From positions 79-64,078 of the forward strand of contig JAQVVF010000005.1 in the NCBI GenBank assembly GCA_028699085.1: DNA of 64,000 nt. The letters are read 5' to 3'. How positions within the stretch are numbered: the first letter of the stretch is position 1; the number at the start of each line of letters is the position of its first letter. Made by a program: the position numbers and the translations under genes. Shown here in pieces: positions 46,651 to 57,755 of the stretch. A model generated the notes under the pieces. That model ran no database searches. It had not been told where the DNA came from and worked only from the letters and a program-made list of their open reading frames with translations. This DNA comes from Patescibacteria group bacterium. Its GTDB lineage: Bacteria > Patescibacteriota > JABMPQ01 > JAQVVF01.

Positions 46651-49600
46651 TAGTTTCTGCTTTAATAATGCTAATATTGCCAGTACCAACAATCATTTCA
46701 AGTTGGCTCAATACTTTCGGATCATATAGAATGCATGACTTTGCCTTAATTTTTTTAAAACTGCCATCATGATACGGAACATTAAGAAAAACAGCAGTAG
46801 AGCCTAAATTATTCAAAATAATCGGTTTTAAATCTTCAATAATTCTTGAATTTGCAGTTTTTGGGATATTAATTTCAATTGATTTCGGAATTTCTTCTTT
46901 AGCGACTTCAATATCCTTGTCAGAAATTATTTTAACTTTATCTGCCAAAATTTTGACTTCGCCATCGCGATCATTAACTTTGCCATCAATCAAAACAATC
47001 TTTTCTTCTTGCCAAATAAGCGGATTCTTTTTCAAAACAGAAGGAAAGACAACAATCTCGCAACTTCCTGTTAAATCTTCAATCTCAACAAATAGCATTG
47101 GTTCATTCTTTTTAGTAAATATTTTCTTGGTCTTTGCAATTACTCCGCCAACTTTAATTTTCTGTTCATTCATGCTTACGTTCAACTGATTAATCGGAAT
47201 TGCGACAGCATTCAAATAATCTTTATATTCATCAACCGGATGTTCAGAAACATAAAGTCCTAATAATTCTTTTTCCCAAAGCAAGCGCTCTTTTTTAGAA
47301 GCAGGTTCTGCAGGATCTAATTTTAAATTAATAGTTGAAACATTTTCTTTTTTATTTCCAAACAAATCAGTCTGGCCAGAATCTAATTCTTTTTGAATCG
47401 ATTTTGAAAAACTTAATATCTTATCAATATTTTGCAATACTTGATTTCTCTCAATTAATGAATCCAAGGCACCAGACTTTGCCAAAGCTTCAATCGATTT
47501 TTTGTTCAAGTCTTTATGTCGAACACGTCGAACAAAATCAGAAAAATCCTTAAATTTACCAGCTTTCTTTCTCTCTTTATAGATTGCGGAAGCTATAGTT
47601 TCGCCAACATTTTTGATCGCATTGAATGCGAATCTAATACATTTGCCACGTTCTTTAACTACACCAAAATTCGGAAAACTTTCGTTTACATCAGGAGGTA
47701 AAACTTCAATTCCCATTTCCTCACATTCAGTTATCTCAATTGCAATTCGATCCATATTCTGTTGATCAGAGGTAAGCAATGAAGCCATAAATTCAACTGG
47801 ATAATGAGATTTCAAATATGCAGTTCTATAGCCAATCAAGGCATAGCAGGCTGCATGAGATCGATTAAATCCATAGCCTGCAAAAGGCTCAATAAATGCA
47901 AAAACTTTTCTAGCAACGTCTTCTAAAATTCCATTTGCAACACAACCTTTTATAAACTTATCTTTTTGTTCTTCCAACAATTCTTTAATTTTCTTACCAA
48001 CTGCTTTGCGCAAAACATCAGCCTCGCCTAAAGTAAAGCCAGCCAAATCTCTGGCAATCTGCATCAATTGTTCCTGATATACTGCAATACCAAAAGTTTT
48101 TTTCAAAATTGGTTCAAGTTTTGGATGAACATATTCAACTTTTTTTCTACCATGTTTGCCATCAATATAAGAAGGTATCCACTCCATTGGACCTGGACGA
48201 TATAAAGCAACCATTGCAATCAAATCTTCAAAGTTAGTTGGTTTTAATAATTTCAGATATCTTCTCATGCCAGCAGATTCCAATTGGAATACGCCTACAG
48301 TCTGCGCTTTTTGCAACAAATCATAAGTTATCTTGTCATCCATTGCCAAATCAGTCATATCAACTTTAACTCCATGGACAGCCTCAATAATTTCCAAAGC
48401 CTTTTCAATAATTGTTAAGTTTGCTAGTCCTAAAAAGTCCATTTTTAATAAACCTAAATTTTCAATGGCATGCATTTCATATTGAGTCGTGATTTCTTCA
48501 TCTCCTCGAGTAGAAAATTGATAAGGCGTATAAGTATCAAGTGGATCTTTAGTAATCACAACTCCGCAAGCATGAGTCGAAGAATGTCTGGCAACGCCTT
48601 CCAGCTTTTTAGCGGAATCAAAAAGCACTTTTGCTTGTGGGTCTCCGTTATAAAATGCTGTCAATTCAGGATTTATCTTAAGCGCTTCAGAAATTGTCGA
48701 GCCAAGTGGGATCATCTTTGCTGCTTTATCGCAATAATCATAAGGATGACTTAAGACCCGGCCAGCATCTCGAACAGCAGCTTTAGCAGCCATTTTTCCA
48801 AAAGTAACAATTTGAGCGACATGATCAGCTCCATATTTCCTTTTTACATATTGCAAAACTTCACCGCGTCTTGTATCAGCAAAATCCATATCGATATCAG
48901 GCATGCTTATTCTTTCAGGATTCAAAAATCTCTCGAATAATAAATCGTTTTTAATCGGATCCAAGTCAGTAATTCTCAATAAATAGGCGATTAATGAACC
49001 AGCAGCTGAACCTCTTCCTGGCCCGACAACAATTCCGGTATCTTTTGCCCAATTCACAAAATCAGAAACAATCAAAAAATATGAAGCAAATCCAGTTTTC
49101 TCAATGACTGACAATTCATAATCTAATCTTTCAGTGATAACTTTATCCAAACTTTCTCGATTTTTACCAAACCTTCTTAGCAACCCTTGTTCACACAAAT
49201 TTTTCAAATAGTCCATTGGCGTCAATTCTTTAGGCACAATGAAATAGGGAAGCTTAGTCTTGCCTAATTCAATTTCAACATTGCACTGTTCAGCAATCTT
49301 TAAAGTATTTGAAATTGCTTCAGGAGTATTTGCAAAAGATCTTTCCATTTCTTCTGTAGGCTTCATTGAAAAATCTTCACCCATCATTGACATCCTATTT
49401 TTGTCATCAACTTTTTTCTGCAATTGGATACAAAGCAAAATATCTTGAATTCGATCATCTTCCTTTTTTAAATAATGGATATCATTAGTTGCAACTAAAG
49501 GAGCGTCAATTTCTTTTGCAATTGCAATTAATTTTTCGTTTGCTTCTGCCTGTTTTTTTATTGTTGGATGATGTTGTAATTCTAAATAATAATTTTCTTT

Positions 49601-50095
49601 TCCAAAAATTTCTTGATATTTTAAAGCAGTTTCTTTTGCTTGCTTTACATTACTCAAAGCTTCGCGTGCAATTTGTCCTTCAATGCAAGCTGTTAATCCA
49701 ATCAAGCCTTTGCAATTACTTGAAAGCAATTCAAAATCTATTCTTGGCTTATAATAAAAACCTTCAACATGCGCCTTTGAGATTAACTTCAATAAGTTTC
49801 TATAGCCTTCTTGATTTTTTGCAAGCAAAATCAGATGATAGGGTCTTGTATCGATATGAGCTCTTTTATCCTGCATTCTATTTGGAGCAACATAAGTTTC
49901 TACTCCTAATATTGGCTTAATACCGGCATTTTTGCAGGCCTGATAAAATTCAACTATCCCATACATCACGCCGTGATCAGTCAAAGCAGCAGCAGGCATG
50001 CCTAATTCTTTTGCATGCAAAACCAGCTCGTCAATTTTTGGCAAGCCATCAAGTAGGGAGTAGTGACTGTGTGTATGAAGATGGACAAAACTCAT
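46643..50095 (-). CDS. dnaE: DNA polymerase III alpha subunit
   Basis: HLH.HS.YSLLDG PHP, GRGSAAGS, PDIDMD, G.FQ.ES, YGFNRSH, OB fold. Confidence 0.97.
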   Translation of the reverse strand: MSFVHLHTHSHYSLLDGLPKIDELVLHAKELGMPAAALTDHGVMYGIVEFYQACKNAGIKPILGVETYVAPNRMQDKRAHIDTRPYHLILLAKNQEGYRNLLKLISKAHVEGFYYKPRIDFELLSSNCKGLIGLTACIEGQIAREALSNVKQAKETALKYQEIFGKENYYLELQHHPTIKKQAEANEKLIAIAKEIDAPLVATNDIHYLKKEDDRIQDILLCIQLQKKVDDKNRMSMMGEDFSMKPTEEMERSFANTPEAISNTLKIAEQCNVEIELGKTKLPYFIVPKELTPMDYLKNLCEQGLLRRFGKNRESLDKVITERLDYELSVIEKTGFASYFLIVSDFVNWAKDTGIVVGPGRGSAAGSLIAYLLRITDLDPIKNDLLFERFLNPERISMPDIDMDFADTRRGEVLQYVKRKYGADHVAQIVTFGKMAAKAAVRDAGRVLSHPYDYCDKAAKMIPLGSTISEALKINPELTAFYNGDPQAKVLFDSAKKLEGVARHSSTHACGVVITKDPLDTYTPYQFSTRGDEEITTQYEMHAIENLGLLKMDFLGLANLTIIEKALEIIEAVHGVKVDMTDLAMDDKITYDLLQKAQTVGVFQLESAGMRRYLKLLKPTNFEDLIAMVALYRPGPMEWIPSYIDGKHGRKKVEYVHPKLEPILKKTFGIAVYQEQLMQIARDLAGFTLGEADVLRKAVGKKIKELLEEQKDKFIKGCVANGILEDVARKVFAFIEPFAGYGFNRSHAACYALIGYRTAYLKSHYPVEFMASLLTSDQQNMDRIAIEITECEEMGIEVLPPDVNESFPNFGVVKERGKCIRFAFNAIKNVGETIASAIYKERKKAGKFKDFSDFVRRVRHKDLNKKSIEALAKSGALDSLIERNQVLQNIDKILSFSKSIQKELDSGQTDLFGNKKENVSTINLKLDPAEPASKKERLLWEKELLGLYVSEHPVDEYKDYLNAVAIPINQLNVSMNEQKIKVGGVIAKTKKIFTKKNEPMLFVEIEDLTGSCEIVVFPSVLKKNPLIWQEEKIVLIDGKVNDRDGEVKILADKVKIISDKDIEVAKEEIPKSIEINIPKTANSRIIEDLKPIILNNLGSTAVFLNVPYHDGSFKKIKAKSCILYDPKVLSQLEMIVGTGNISIIKAETNG

Positions 50096-50098
50096 AAT

Positions 50099-50701
50099 TT
50101 ACTTTCTACGTCCTTGAAAATAATATATTGTGCCAACAGCCAATATTGCTATGCCAGCAATCAATAAAATGACAAACAAAACCCAACTAAAGATTAGATG
50201 CGATAATGAGACAAAAAGATCGACAATCATTCTGCCAAAACTGGTTGCATCAAGCAAAAAGATAATTAAGAAAAAAATAAGAAATATTAAAACAAACTTT
50301 TTAATAAAAACTTTAGGCTTTGGTAAAAAAGTGCTCAAATATAACTTTATTTTTTTCATAGCAGACATTTTTTTCTTTTCAAAATCAACTAAATCTTTAA
50401 TTGCCTGATAATAAAAAGCTAAATCATTTTTTATTTCATAATTTGATGCAGAAAAATTTGCTTTTTCGATTGCTTTTTGATACGCGCTTCTAGCTTGTTT
50501 CAAATCTTCATATTCTGAAAAAACAAAGCTTAGAGCCTGAACTTTTCTTTCAAAATCTTCACCGGGCAAATCAAAATTTTCTACAATTTGCTTAAAAATT
50601 TTTTCAGTCTCGACCAAAGACATCAAATCTCCGCCAGCAGTTTTTTCAGCTAGATATTTTTCTACTCTTTCCCATGATAATTCCTTGTTGTTTGTCGGCA
50701 T
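50099..50701 (-). CDS. Hypothetical protein with two C-terminal TMs
   Basis: ORF 3 nt upstream of dnaE; hydrophobic C-terminal half. Confidence 0.7.
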   Translation of the reverse strand: MPTNNKELSWERVEKYLAEKTAGGDLMSLVETEKIFKQIVENFDLPGEDFERKVQALSFVFSEYEDLKQARSAYQKAIEKANFSASNYEIKNDLAFYYQAIKDLVDFEKKKMSAMKKIKLYLSTFLPKPKVFIKKFVLIFLIFFLIIFLLDATSFGRMIVDLFVSLSHLIFSWVLFVILLIAGIAILAVGTIYYFQGRRK

Positions 50702-50771
50702 TTATTTTTCAAAATATAAAATATCCTTCAAATCATTATATAATAAAACCAAGTTAAACTCAAACAAACAA

Positions 50772-50795
50772 AAAGCGGATCTTTCGATCCGCTTT
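50772..50795 (-). terminator. Intrinsic terminator after the surface-protein pair
   Basis: aaaagcggatc-tttc-gatccgcttt; U-tract on the minus strand. Confidence 0.75.
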
Positions 50796-50801
50796 AACAT
50801 C

Positions 50802-53800
50802 CTATTGAGCTATTTTTGTAAATTCTGCGCTATTTAAAAATTCATTCTTGATGTCCTGTATTGATTTTCCTGATTGCTTCCAATAATTCACGCCTGAAAT
50901 ATCTGCAGCTCTTGCATACAAAGTTTCATATAATTCTTCGATTTGTGCTTCTTTGTCTTTGATTGCTTTTAATCTATCGTCATACTCTTTGCTCATAGCC
51001 AGCTCTTTTCTCATTTCTTTTGCATTAGGCAATGCAACCAATTTTTCTATACCTGTTTCGTCACCGCCTCGCTTTAATACTATTTGATATGCTAGGTCAG
51101 CTTCAGCTATCTTCTTTTCTTTTGGCTGCATTTTATTTATATTACCAACAGCTTCTGGACTGACCGAAATTGCAAATTTAGCTCCTGAAATATCAATCTG
51201 TTTATTGTCATTTCTTTCTATTTGCTTTGTCCAGTAATCAACTCCATTTTTATCAACAAATTTCTTTATATTATCTTTATATATTCTATCATGAATGCGT
51301 CGATACAAATTTTCGACAGCTTTTTTTGTACCCAATTTTGCTGCCGTTGCTTGCAGCCTCTTATCAAATTCTTTATATTTTCTGTCATTAAGCAACGTAA
51401 AATGTACCCCTCTCAAACTCAGAGGCTCTTGGTTATTTGTCGGTTTGTAGAAAAAATTTGCTCCACCTCCACGCAAACTTTTATCAGGTTGTACATATTT
51501 ATTAACCTGAAAATTATCTCCAAAGACTAAATTATAATAATAGAGAATTGTCTGAAATCTATTCAGCGTTTTAAAGTCACCAATATCTGAACATCTATCA
51601 GATAAGCTAACTTGGAAATAATATGGTTTTTGTCCAGCCACGTAACCTTGATCATTTTTGTCTGAAAATTCGCCGCCTTTTAGATTTTCAAGCACTGTAT
51701 AATATTTATTTTCATTATTTTCATAGTAGGTTTTTGCGTTCTGCAAATTTCCGCCGACTGCAATGCCATTATTATTAATCACAGCATCAGTAGTATATTT
51801 AAAATCTAGATCTTTATTTTTGTATTCATCCTTGCCAGTTTCCCATTTAATAACAACTCTGTCAGCTCCTCGCTGTATTAACTGAGGATTTTTTAATAAA
51901 TCAGCATCATTGCTCGGGCAAAACGCTTGATCTTCGCTTAATGCAGTAACTTTTATTGGAGCAGCATTAGCTAAAGGATGAACAAAAGTAAGCTTTGCTT
52001 CATATTCTCCAGGGTTTTGATATACGTGTTCAGGATTTGCTACATCTTGCAATGTTGTACCATCACCAAAATCCCAAGTATATGGTACGCCTGTCAGATC
52101 AATATCTTTATATAAATTCTCAAAACTAAAACTGACCGTTAGAGGAGCCTTGCCAGCATTTGGGTTGGCATTGATTTTTACTCCACTGGCGTATATCCAT
52201 GGCCCATTTACATATTTTGTATTTCCATCAGCATCTCTGACTGCCAAAGCTGTACTATAAATCCCAGAGTTTTTATATTTAAAAGTAGGGCTTGATTCAT
52301 CGCTATCAAGCAATTGGTACTCAGAAATCGGCTCCTGATTATACATTTCATCAGATTTTGCGAATTCCCAGTCATATTTATAAGGTCCTTTTCCGCCCGT
52401 TACTGTTGCCGTAAATTTAACATCCATTGGCGCAAGTCCTTGAGTTGGTGTCGCATCAATTGACACATTCAATGCACCCAAATCAACTTCTCCTCCGGGT
52501 GGTTCTGGCAGAGGTTCATCTCCAAGTTCGCCAGTTTTTACGGTAAAATCAAGTCGATCTAAATATATACTAGTTGGCAACGTAACCATCTCCTTTGATA
52601 CAGAGGTATTTGCAGGTACTGCGTTTGGGTCATCCGGAGTAATAATTTGAATATTCGAAATGCCTGGATTTAATGCCTTTATTTTTGCTCCTTGATAACA
52701 TTTTGTCCCAAAACCACCGCTACTGCAATCAACTTCTACAGTATCTAGTTTAATTAAATTTTCAGCAAAATTAGTTTTTGTATCTTCCTTCTGTGCTTGT
52801 TTAAAATCAATCGTGTCAGATTGTGGAATTGTAAAAAAATTTACATCCTCACTACCTTTAAAAGAAACAATATTTTCCAGAGGTTTATTATATTCAACTC
52901 CATTAGGATTACCAGTATTAGTATTAAATTCATATCCTAATGCATATTTTAAACCGCTTGCAGTCTGTTGAAAAATATCCTGATTAAAGTTATAAACAAA
53001 ATTATAATTAATATCTCTTACCAAATCCACTTTTCGCCAAGTCGCTCCTTTGTCAAAGCTAAAAAATAATTTTAAATCACTTGCTTTAATAGAGTCTCGA
53101 TATTCAGCAAGGGGATAATATATTCTATCTAGCCACAATTTACCTTCAATTCCTTTTATGCTTTTTCCGCTAATATTTATTTCATTTGCACCAGCATGAG
53201 TTTCTGATAATTCTTTAGAAAGTATTAATTTATTTGTTAATTTTTCTTCAAAAAATGGTTTTGCAGTTCCGAGCCCAGCATTAGTTATGTTATTAAAAAC
53301 TGCTTCGTCACTTGTTAGGTCGCTGTCTACGGTAATTTCTAAAGAATTACTTGGTATTCCGCAAATTCCAGCACTAATTGTCGATTTTCCTTTAAAAACC
53401 GGTATGATGCTGCCATTGGCTGTCATTAAAAGCACTTTAGGTTGACTCGATTTCCATCTTAAAAGATCAGACCAAGTAATTGAATTATAATTAACAAAAT
53501 CATCGCCAATACTAGATCCATCAAAATCTCCAGTATCTGGATTAATTGGCTTGCCATTTATGCTAATTTGAATTGCGTTTCTTAGTCTATCAATGCCAAA
53601 TCTTAACCAAGAAGATTGGACGCTATTATCAACAATTGTTACTTTCTGAGGGTTTGGAGTGATTTCAATTGTATCAATTTTGTTTGCTAGAGAAGTAGAG
53701 CATAAATAATTTGTTGATTCTGTATTAAGGTCTTTACTAAAACTATTTTCGTTACTTGCTAGCTCAATATTATTATATTCTTCCGTTACATTTTGAAAAT

Positions 53801-54098
53801 TACCATTTGCGTCAACAATTGTAGTCTCTTCTGTTAGGCCGACTAGCTTGCCTTCATTTCCAAGAACTAAATCATTTGCATCATCAAAAGCCTCCGAAAA
53901 TTCAATTGTTCCTGTTCCCAATCTAGCTACACCAAAATACCAGATTGCAGTTCCAATTCCAATAGCAACTAAAATAGCAAAAACGATTCCAGTTGCGATT
54001 CTAGTCCTGCTTCTAGTCGCAGTTTTTGTTGATAACTCTTCTTGATTATTCATATTTTTTTTATTATGCGTCAATGATTTTTGCCATTTTTTTGGCAT
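50802..54098 (-). CDS. Large surface protein: N-terminal TM, Ig/PKD domains, C-terminal DUF4214-like repeats
   Basis: YTWDFGDG PKD motif; LYETLYARAADISGVNYW-type repeats; start may be 54053. Confidence 0.8.
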   Translation of the reverse strand: MPKKWQKSLTHNKKNMNNQEELSTKTATRSRTRIATGIVFAILVAIGIGTAIWYFGVARLGTGTIEFSEAFDDANDLVLGNEGKLVGLTEETTIVDANGNFQNVTEEYNNIELASNENSFSKDLNTESTNYLCSTSLANKIDTIEITPNPQKVTIVDNSVQSSWLRFGIDRLRNAIQISINGKPINPDTGDFDGSSIGDDFVNYNSITWSDLLRWKSSQPKVLLMTANGSIIPVFKGKSTISAGICGIPSNSLEITVDSDLTSDEAVFNNITNAGLGTAKPFFEEKLTNKLILSKELSETHAGANEINISGKSIKGIEGKLWLDRIYYPLAEYRDSIKASDLKLFFSFDKGATWRKVDLVRDINYNFVYNFNQDIFQQTASGLKYALGYEFNTNTGNPNGVEYNKPLENIVSFKGSEDVNFFTIPQSDTIDFKQAQKEDTKTNFAENLIKLDTVEVDCSSGGFGTKCYQGAKIKALNPGISNIQIITPDDPNAVPANTSVSKEMVTLPTSIYLDRLDFTVKTGELGDEPLPEPPGGEVDLGALNVSIDATPTQGLAPMDVKFTATVTGGKGPYKYDWEFAKSDEMYNQEPISEYQLLDSDESSPTFKYKNSGIYSTALAVRDADGNTKYVNGPWIYASGVKINANPNAGKAPLTVSFSFENLYKDIDLTGVPYTWDFGDGTTLQDVANPEHVYQNPGEYEAKLTFVHPLANAAPIKVTALSEDQAFCPSNDADLLKNPQLIQRGADRVVIKWETGKDEYKNKDLDFKYTTDAVINNNGIAVGGNLQNAKTYYENNENKYYTVLENLKGGEFSDKNDQGYVAGQKPYYFQVSLSDRCSDIGDFKTLNRFQTILYYYNLVFGDNFQVNKYVQPDKSLRGGGANFFYKPTNNQEPLSLRGVHFTLLNDRKYKEFDKRLQATAAKLGTKKAVENLYRRIHDRIYKDNIKKFVDKNGVDYWTKQIERNDNKQIDISGAKFAISVSPEAVGNINKMQPKEKKIAEADLAYQIVLKRGGDETGIEKLVALPNAKEMRKELAMSKEYDDRLKAIKDKEAQIEELYETLYARAADISGVNYWKQSGKSIQDIKNEFLNSAEFTKIAQ

Positions 54099-54111
54099 TT
54101 TTTAAATTTAT

Positions 54112-57015
54112 TTATTTCAAAACATTCACAAACTCATCACTCTTTAAAAAATCTTCTTTAATTTGCGGAATGGTTTTATTTGATCCCGCCCAATAATCGA
54201 CTCCAGCAACATCAGCAGGTCTTGCATATAGAGTTTCATAAATTTCTGCAATTGCTGCTTTTCTGCCACCTTCTTTTTCTATAGTTTCTAATCTATTATT
54301 GTATTCAAAACTATTTGCCAAATCTTCGCGCATTCTTTTTTGAGAATCCTTAAAAGTATCAATCAAATAGTTAACTCCGTCTTGATCACCGCCACGTTTC
54401 AAAACAACATTGTAAGAAAATTCTGCATTTGCCTCATCTTTTGAAGCAAATAATTCTTGCAATTGGTTTCGAGCTTCTATACTTGCTGAAATAGCAAATT
54501 TTGCGCCTTCTTTTGAGATACGGTCTTTTTGTCTAATTTTCGTCATTTGTCGATACCAATAATTTACTCCATTATCATCAGCAAACTTGTAGAGATTATC
54601 GTCATAAATTCTATCTAAGCTTTTTTTGTATAACCAGGCTACTAATTTTTTAGTTGTTTTTTTCTTATTCAAATAATTGTTGAATTCTTTGTATCTTCTA
54701 TCATTTAACATCATGAACCTAATACCAGGCAAAGTAATATCTGTATTATACCAGAAATCTACTCCGCCATTTTGAACATTTTTCCATGTATAATCTTTGT
54801 TCAAATCATATTTTCGATCAAAAATCCAATTATAGTAATAGAGGATTGTTCTTTTTCTATTTAATGTTTTAAAATCACCTATAGTATTTTGTCTTTCAGT
54901 ATCTAAAAAGATATCGCTATTTCCAGCTTTGAATTGATAATAATATTGCATTCTGCCATCACTAAATCCATCTTGATCATAACCATCTTTTTTACCGCCT
55001 TGAAGATCTCTTAAAACAGCATAATATTTCGAATCTTTAGTGTCATAATAAACTTTAGCTGTTTTATCCAAATTATTTTTATCAGTTCCATAATTAAACT
55101 TCAAAGTCTTCGCATCAAAAGAGCTTTTTAATTGATTTTTTGTCTCATCATTAGCTCCAGCTAATTTTACTATGACTCTGTTATGACCTCTGTAAATATA
55201 TGTTGAAGTGCCAACGCCTTGATTCTCCGTACCTGGATCATCATCGCCGTCAACTTCATCAGTCTTTATCGCAGTATACGAAATATTCAATTTATCAAGA
55301 TTTAAATATGCATCAGGCAAAACCAAAAAACCAAATTCCTTTTTAGAAAGTACTCTTCTGCCTTCGCCACCATCAGGGGATAAAAAAGTTACTTTTATTT
55401 TCCCATAGCCTACTTTTATTCCTGCTATAATATGGCTTACTGAATTCAAATGATCAGATGGATGACCAGCTTGATCAGTCACTCTGATAATATGATTTTC
55501 ATTTTGACCAGGAACTTGTAAAATCTCAGGGGTAAGGTTTTCAATAATCACATTATCGCTATTAAAATTATCTGTTCCTGCCGGGTCTTGAGTCGGCCAG
55601 TAGTTTTTCTTCAGAAAAAAATAATCTTTAGCATTTTCATTGCCTGCTGTGATAATACCTGCATTTATTAAATCCTCTTCTAACATTTGATTTCTATCAC
55701 TATTATTCTGTATTTCCATTAAAGGTGAGGATGTCATGCCGATTTCAAATCCGCCAGCCTGTCCATTTTGTCCGCCAGGCATTAGATCTGGTGGTGCCAA
55801 ATTTGGGATCTCTTGCTGTGGAATATCTGCTTGGATCCGTCTTAAATTGTATAAACCATTGTCATCAGATTGAATTATTGTAGCCCATTTTAGGGCATGA
55901 CCTTGTGAATTTGTGAAATCATAGCGAAATTTTTTAGCTCCAATTTTATTAATAATATAATCGGATTCTTCACTCAAGTTTTTCCAGTTCTGCCTATCTT
56001 CAGAAAATGCTGATGGTATGTACCATGTTTTTCCGTCATCATTAGATGCTAATAAAGTTATATCGCCTTTTATTTGGTCAGAATCCTGTAGTAAAATTCC
56101 TTCTAGCTCTGAAATATTAACATCAATTTCTGCTTGAGTAATATTATATTTGTCATCCAAATTAGTCGAAATATTTTTTGAGACTGTCTGCCCTTGAATA
56201 AAACTAGTATCAAGGACTTGACCTACCGGATTAAATTGATCAAATTCGCTTATGTCTACAGCAACTTGAGTACTGGCTTTTTTTTGTCCGCAAGCATTGA
56301 CTTGTAATGTTGTAAATCCATCTGGAGCTATCGGTAAAACAGATAATCTTGTTGATCCAAACATATCATTATAGACAACAGCTGCCGTCGGATTTGTTGA
56401 TTGCACCATTGCTTGTGAATAGTTACTGCCTTCGCCATTTTGATCGAAAATTTCATATTCAAATTTATAAGGTAAGTCGCTCTTTTTACCTAATTTAGCG
56501 CCTGTAAAATTCATTGTATTTGTTTGGACTCCGGCTTTTTCTACTTTGAGATTTCTGATATCTACCATATTAGCTAAAGAAATGTCATCAATACATGCTG
56601 GTACATCGCTATCGCCACTAGAATTTGGAGCACAGATTTTTCCGCAAATTTGTTTTGTTAGTCTAGCAGTTTGGTCATTTTCGGTTAATTCTTTTGTCGT
56701 CAAGCTAATTTGCTTACTCGGATTTAATAATAATTTTCCATCTTTTAATACCATTTGAGAATCACTACTATCTCCATCAATGTTATTAAAATTCAAAAAA
56801 TCTTCAGTTTTTGAACAAATATATGTATTATCATCTTGTTTTTGGCATCCAGCAGGCGGAACAACTCCAGCAAAAAATATTGCTGTGCCAATTGCTGTAA
56901 TCACAACTAAAGCAGTTACTAATCCAACAACAACTCTAGATCTGCTAGAGACTCTTGTTTTGGTTTTTACATTATTCATATGTTTTTTATTATTAGTTTT
57001 GTTTTTGTTATTCAT
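54112..57015 (-). CDS. Large surface protein, paralog of 50802-54098
   Basis: Shared N-terminal SR.R...G....L.....IGTAI..G and shared C-terminal region (IGDFKTLNR..TILYYYN, LNDR.YKEF, YETLYAR.AD..GV.YW). Confidence 0.8.
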   Translation of the reverse strand: MNNKNKTNNKKHMNNVKTKTRVSSRSRVVVGLVTALVVITAIGTAIFFAGVVPPAGCQKQDDNTYICSKTEDFLNFNNIDGDSSDSQMVLKDGKLLLNPSKQISLTTKELTENDQTARLTKQICGKICAPNSSGDSDVPACIDDISLANMVDIRNLKVEKAGVQTNTMNFTGAKLGKKSDLPYKFEYEIFDQNGEGSNYSQAMVQSTNPTAAVVYNDMFGSTRLSVLPIAPDGFTTLQVNACGQKKASTQVAVDISEFDQFNPVGQVLDTSFIQGQTVSKNISTNLDDKYNITQAEIDVNISELEGILLQDSDQIKGDITLLASNDDGKTWYIPSAFSEDRQNWKNLSEESDYIINKIGAKKFRYDFTNSQGHALKWATIIQSDDNGLYNLRRIQADIPQQEIPNLAPPDLMPGGQNGQAGGFEIGMTSSPLMEIQNNSDRNQMLEEDLINAGIITAGNENAKDYFFLKKNYWPTQDPAGTDNFNSDNVIIENLTPEILQVPGQNENHIIRVTDQAGHPSDHLNSVSHIIAGIKVGYGKIKVTFLSPDGGEGRRVLSKKEFGFLVLPDAYLNLDKLNISYTAIKTDEVDGDDDPGTENQGVGTSTYIYRGHNRVIVKLAGANDETKNQLKSSFDAKTLKFNYGTDKNNLDKTAKVYYDTKDSKYYAVLRDLQGGKKDGYDQDGFSDGRMQYYYQFKAGNSDIFLDTERQNTIGDFKTLNRKRTILYYYNWIFDRKYDLNKDYTWKNVQNGGVDFWYNTDITLPGIRFMMLNDRRYKEFNNYLNKKKTTKKLVAWLYKKSLDRIYDDNLYKFADDNGVNYWYRQMTKIRQKDRISKEGAKFAISASIEARNQLQELFASKDEANAEFSYNVVLKRGGDQDGVNYLIDTFKDSQKRMREDLANSFEYNNRLETIEKEGGRKAAIAEIYETLYARPADVAGVDYWAGSNKTIPQIKEDFLKSDEFVNVLK

Positions 57016-57116
57016 TATTATTGATTAATTAAATAATTATAAAATAAAATAAAGCAAAACTAAACAACAAAACGTATCATTAACGTAGCAATTTTATCAA
57101 TAAAATTAGTAAAGGA

Positions 57117-57413
57117 TTAGGCAGTTTCTACTGGCCCTTTTATTTCCTTTGCAACTCTTTTTGCTCTTCTTTTGAATTCTGAAACACCGCTTTTTGTTTG
57201 TTCTGAAATCTCTTGAGCTTTTTTCATTCCAGCTTTTTTCCAAGCATCAGCTTTTTCCATACCAACTTTTTTCCATTCATTAGCTTTTTCTTTTAATTCT
57301 TTTCTGGTTTCTTCGCCAGATTTTGGTGCAAACAAAATTCCTAAAGCAGCGCCAATTACAGCACCAATGACAATTCCTCCGACAACACCGCCACCATTGC
57401 AATTACATGACAT
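57117..57413 (-). CDS. YtxH-domain protein
   Basis: GAVIGAALGILFAPKSGEETR motif. Confidence 0.9.
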   Translation of the reverse strand: MSCNCNGGGVVGGIVIGAVIGAALGILFAPKSGEETRKELKEKANEWKKVGMEKADAWKKAGMKKAQEISEQTKSGVSEFKRRAKRVAKEIKGPVETA

Positions 57414-57449
57414 AAAATTAATGTTAATTTTTTTTATATTAAAAAATTC

Positions 57450-57755
57450 TTATTCTCCTTTAAAAGCGCCAACAATGCTTCTAACTTTTTTGAAAACCTG
57501 TGACAATGATGCAATCGGTTTTAATAAATTATTGTTGATATCTTGAATAGTTGTTGTTAAGCCATTAACAGTTGTTGTCAAATCTTTGACCATTGGATCA
57601 ATTTCATTTAATTTTCTGTTGACATCTTCTACAGTCTTTTTTGATTCTTGGACAATCTTAGTTAAGTTAAAGACTAAATGACATAAAAATCCCGTAAATG
57701 CCAAAATCGCGATGCTTGATGCAATCAGCAAGATATCGTTGCTTGTTTCTAACAT
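57450..57755 (-). CDS. DUF948/YoxC-like membrane protein
   Basis: N-terminal TM plus coiled coil, adjacent to YtxH. Confidence 0.65.
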   Translation of the reverse strand: MLETSNDILLIASSIAILAFTGFLCHLVFNLTKIVQESKKTVEDVNRKLNEIDPMVKDLTTTVNGLTTTIQDINNNLLKPIASLSQVFKKVRSIVGAFKGE

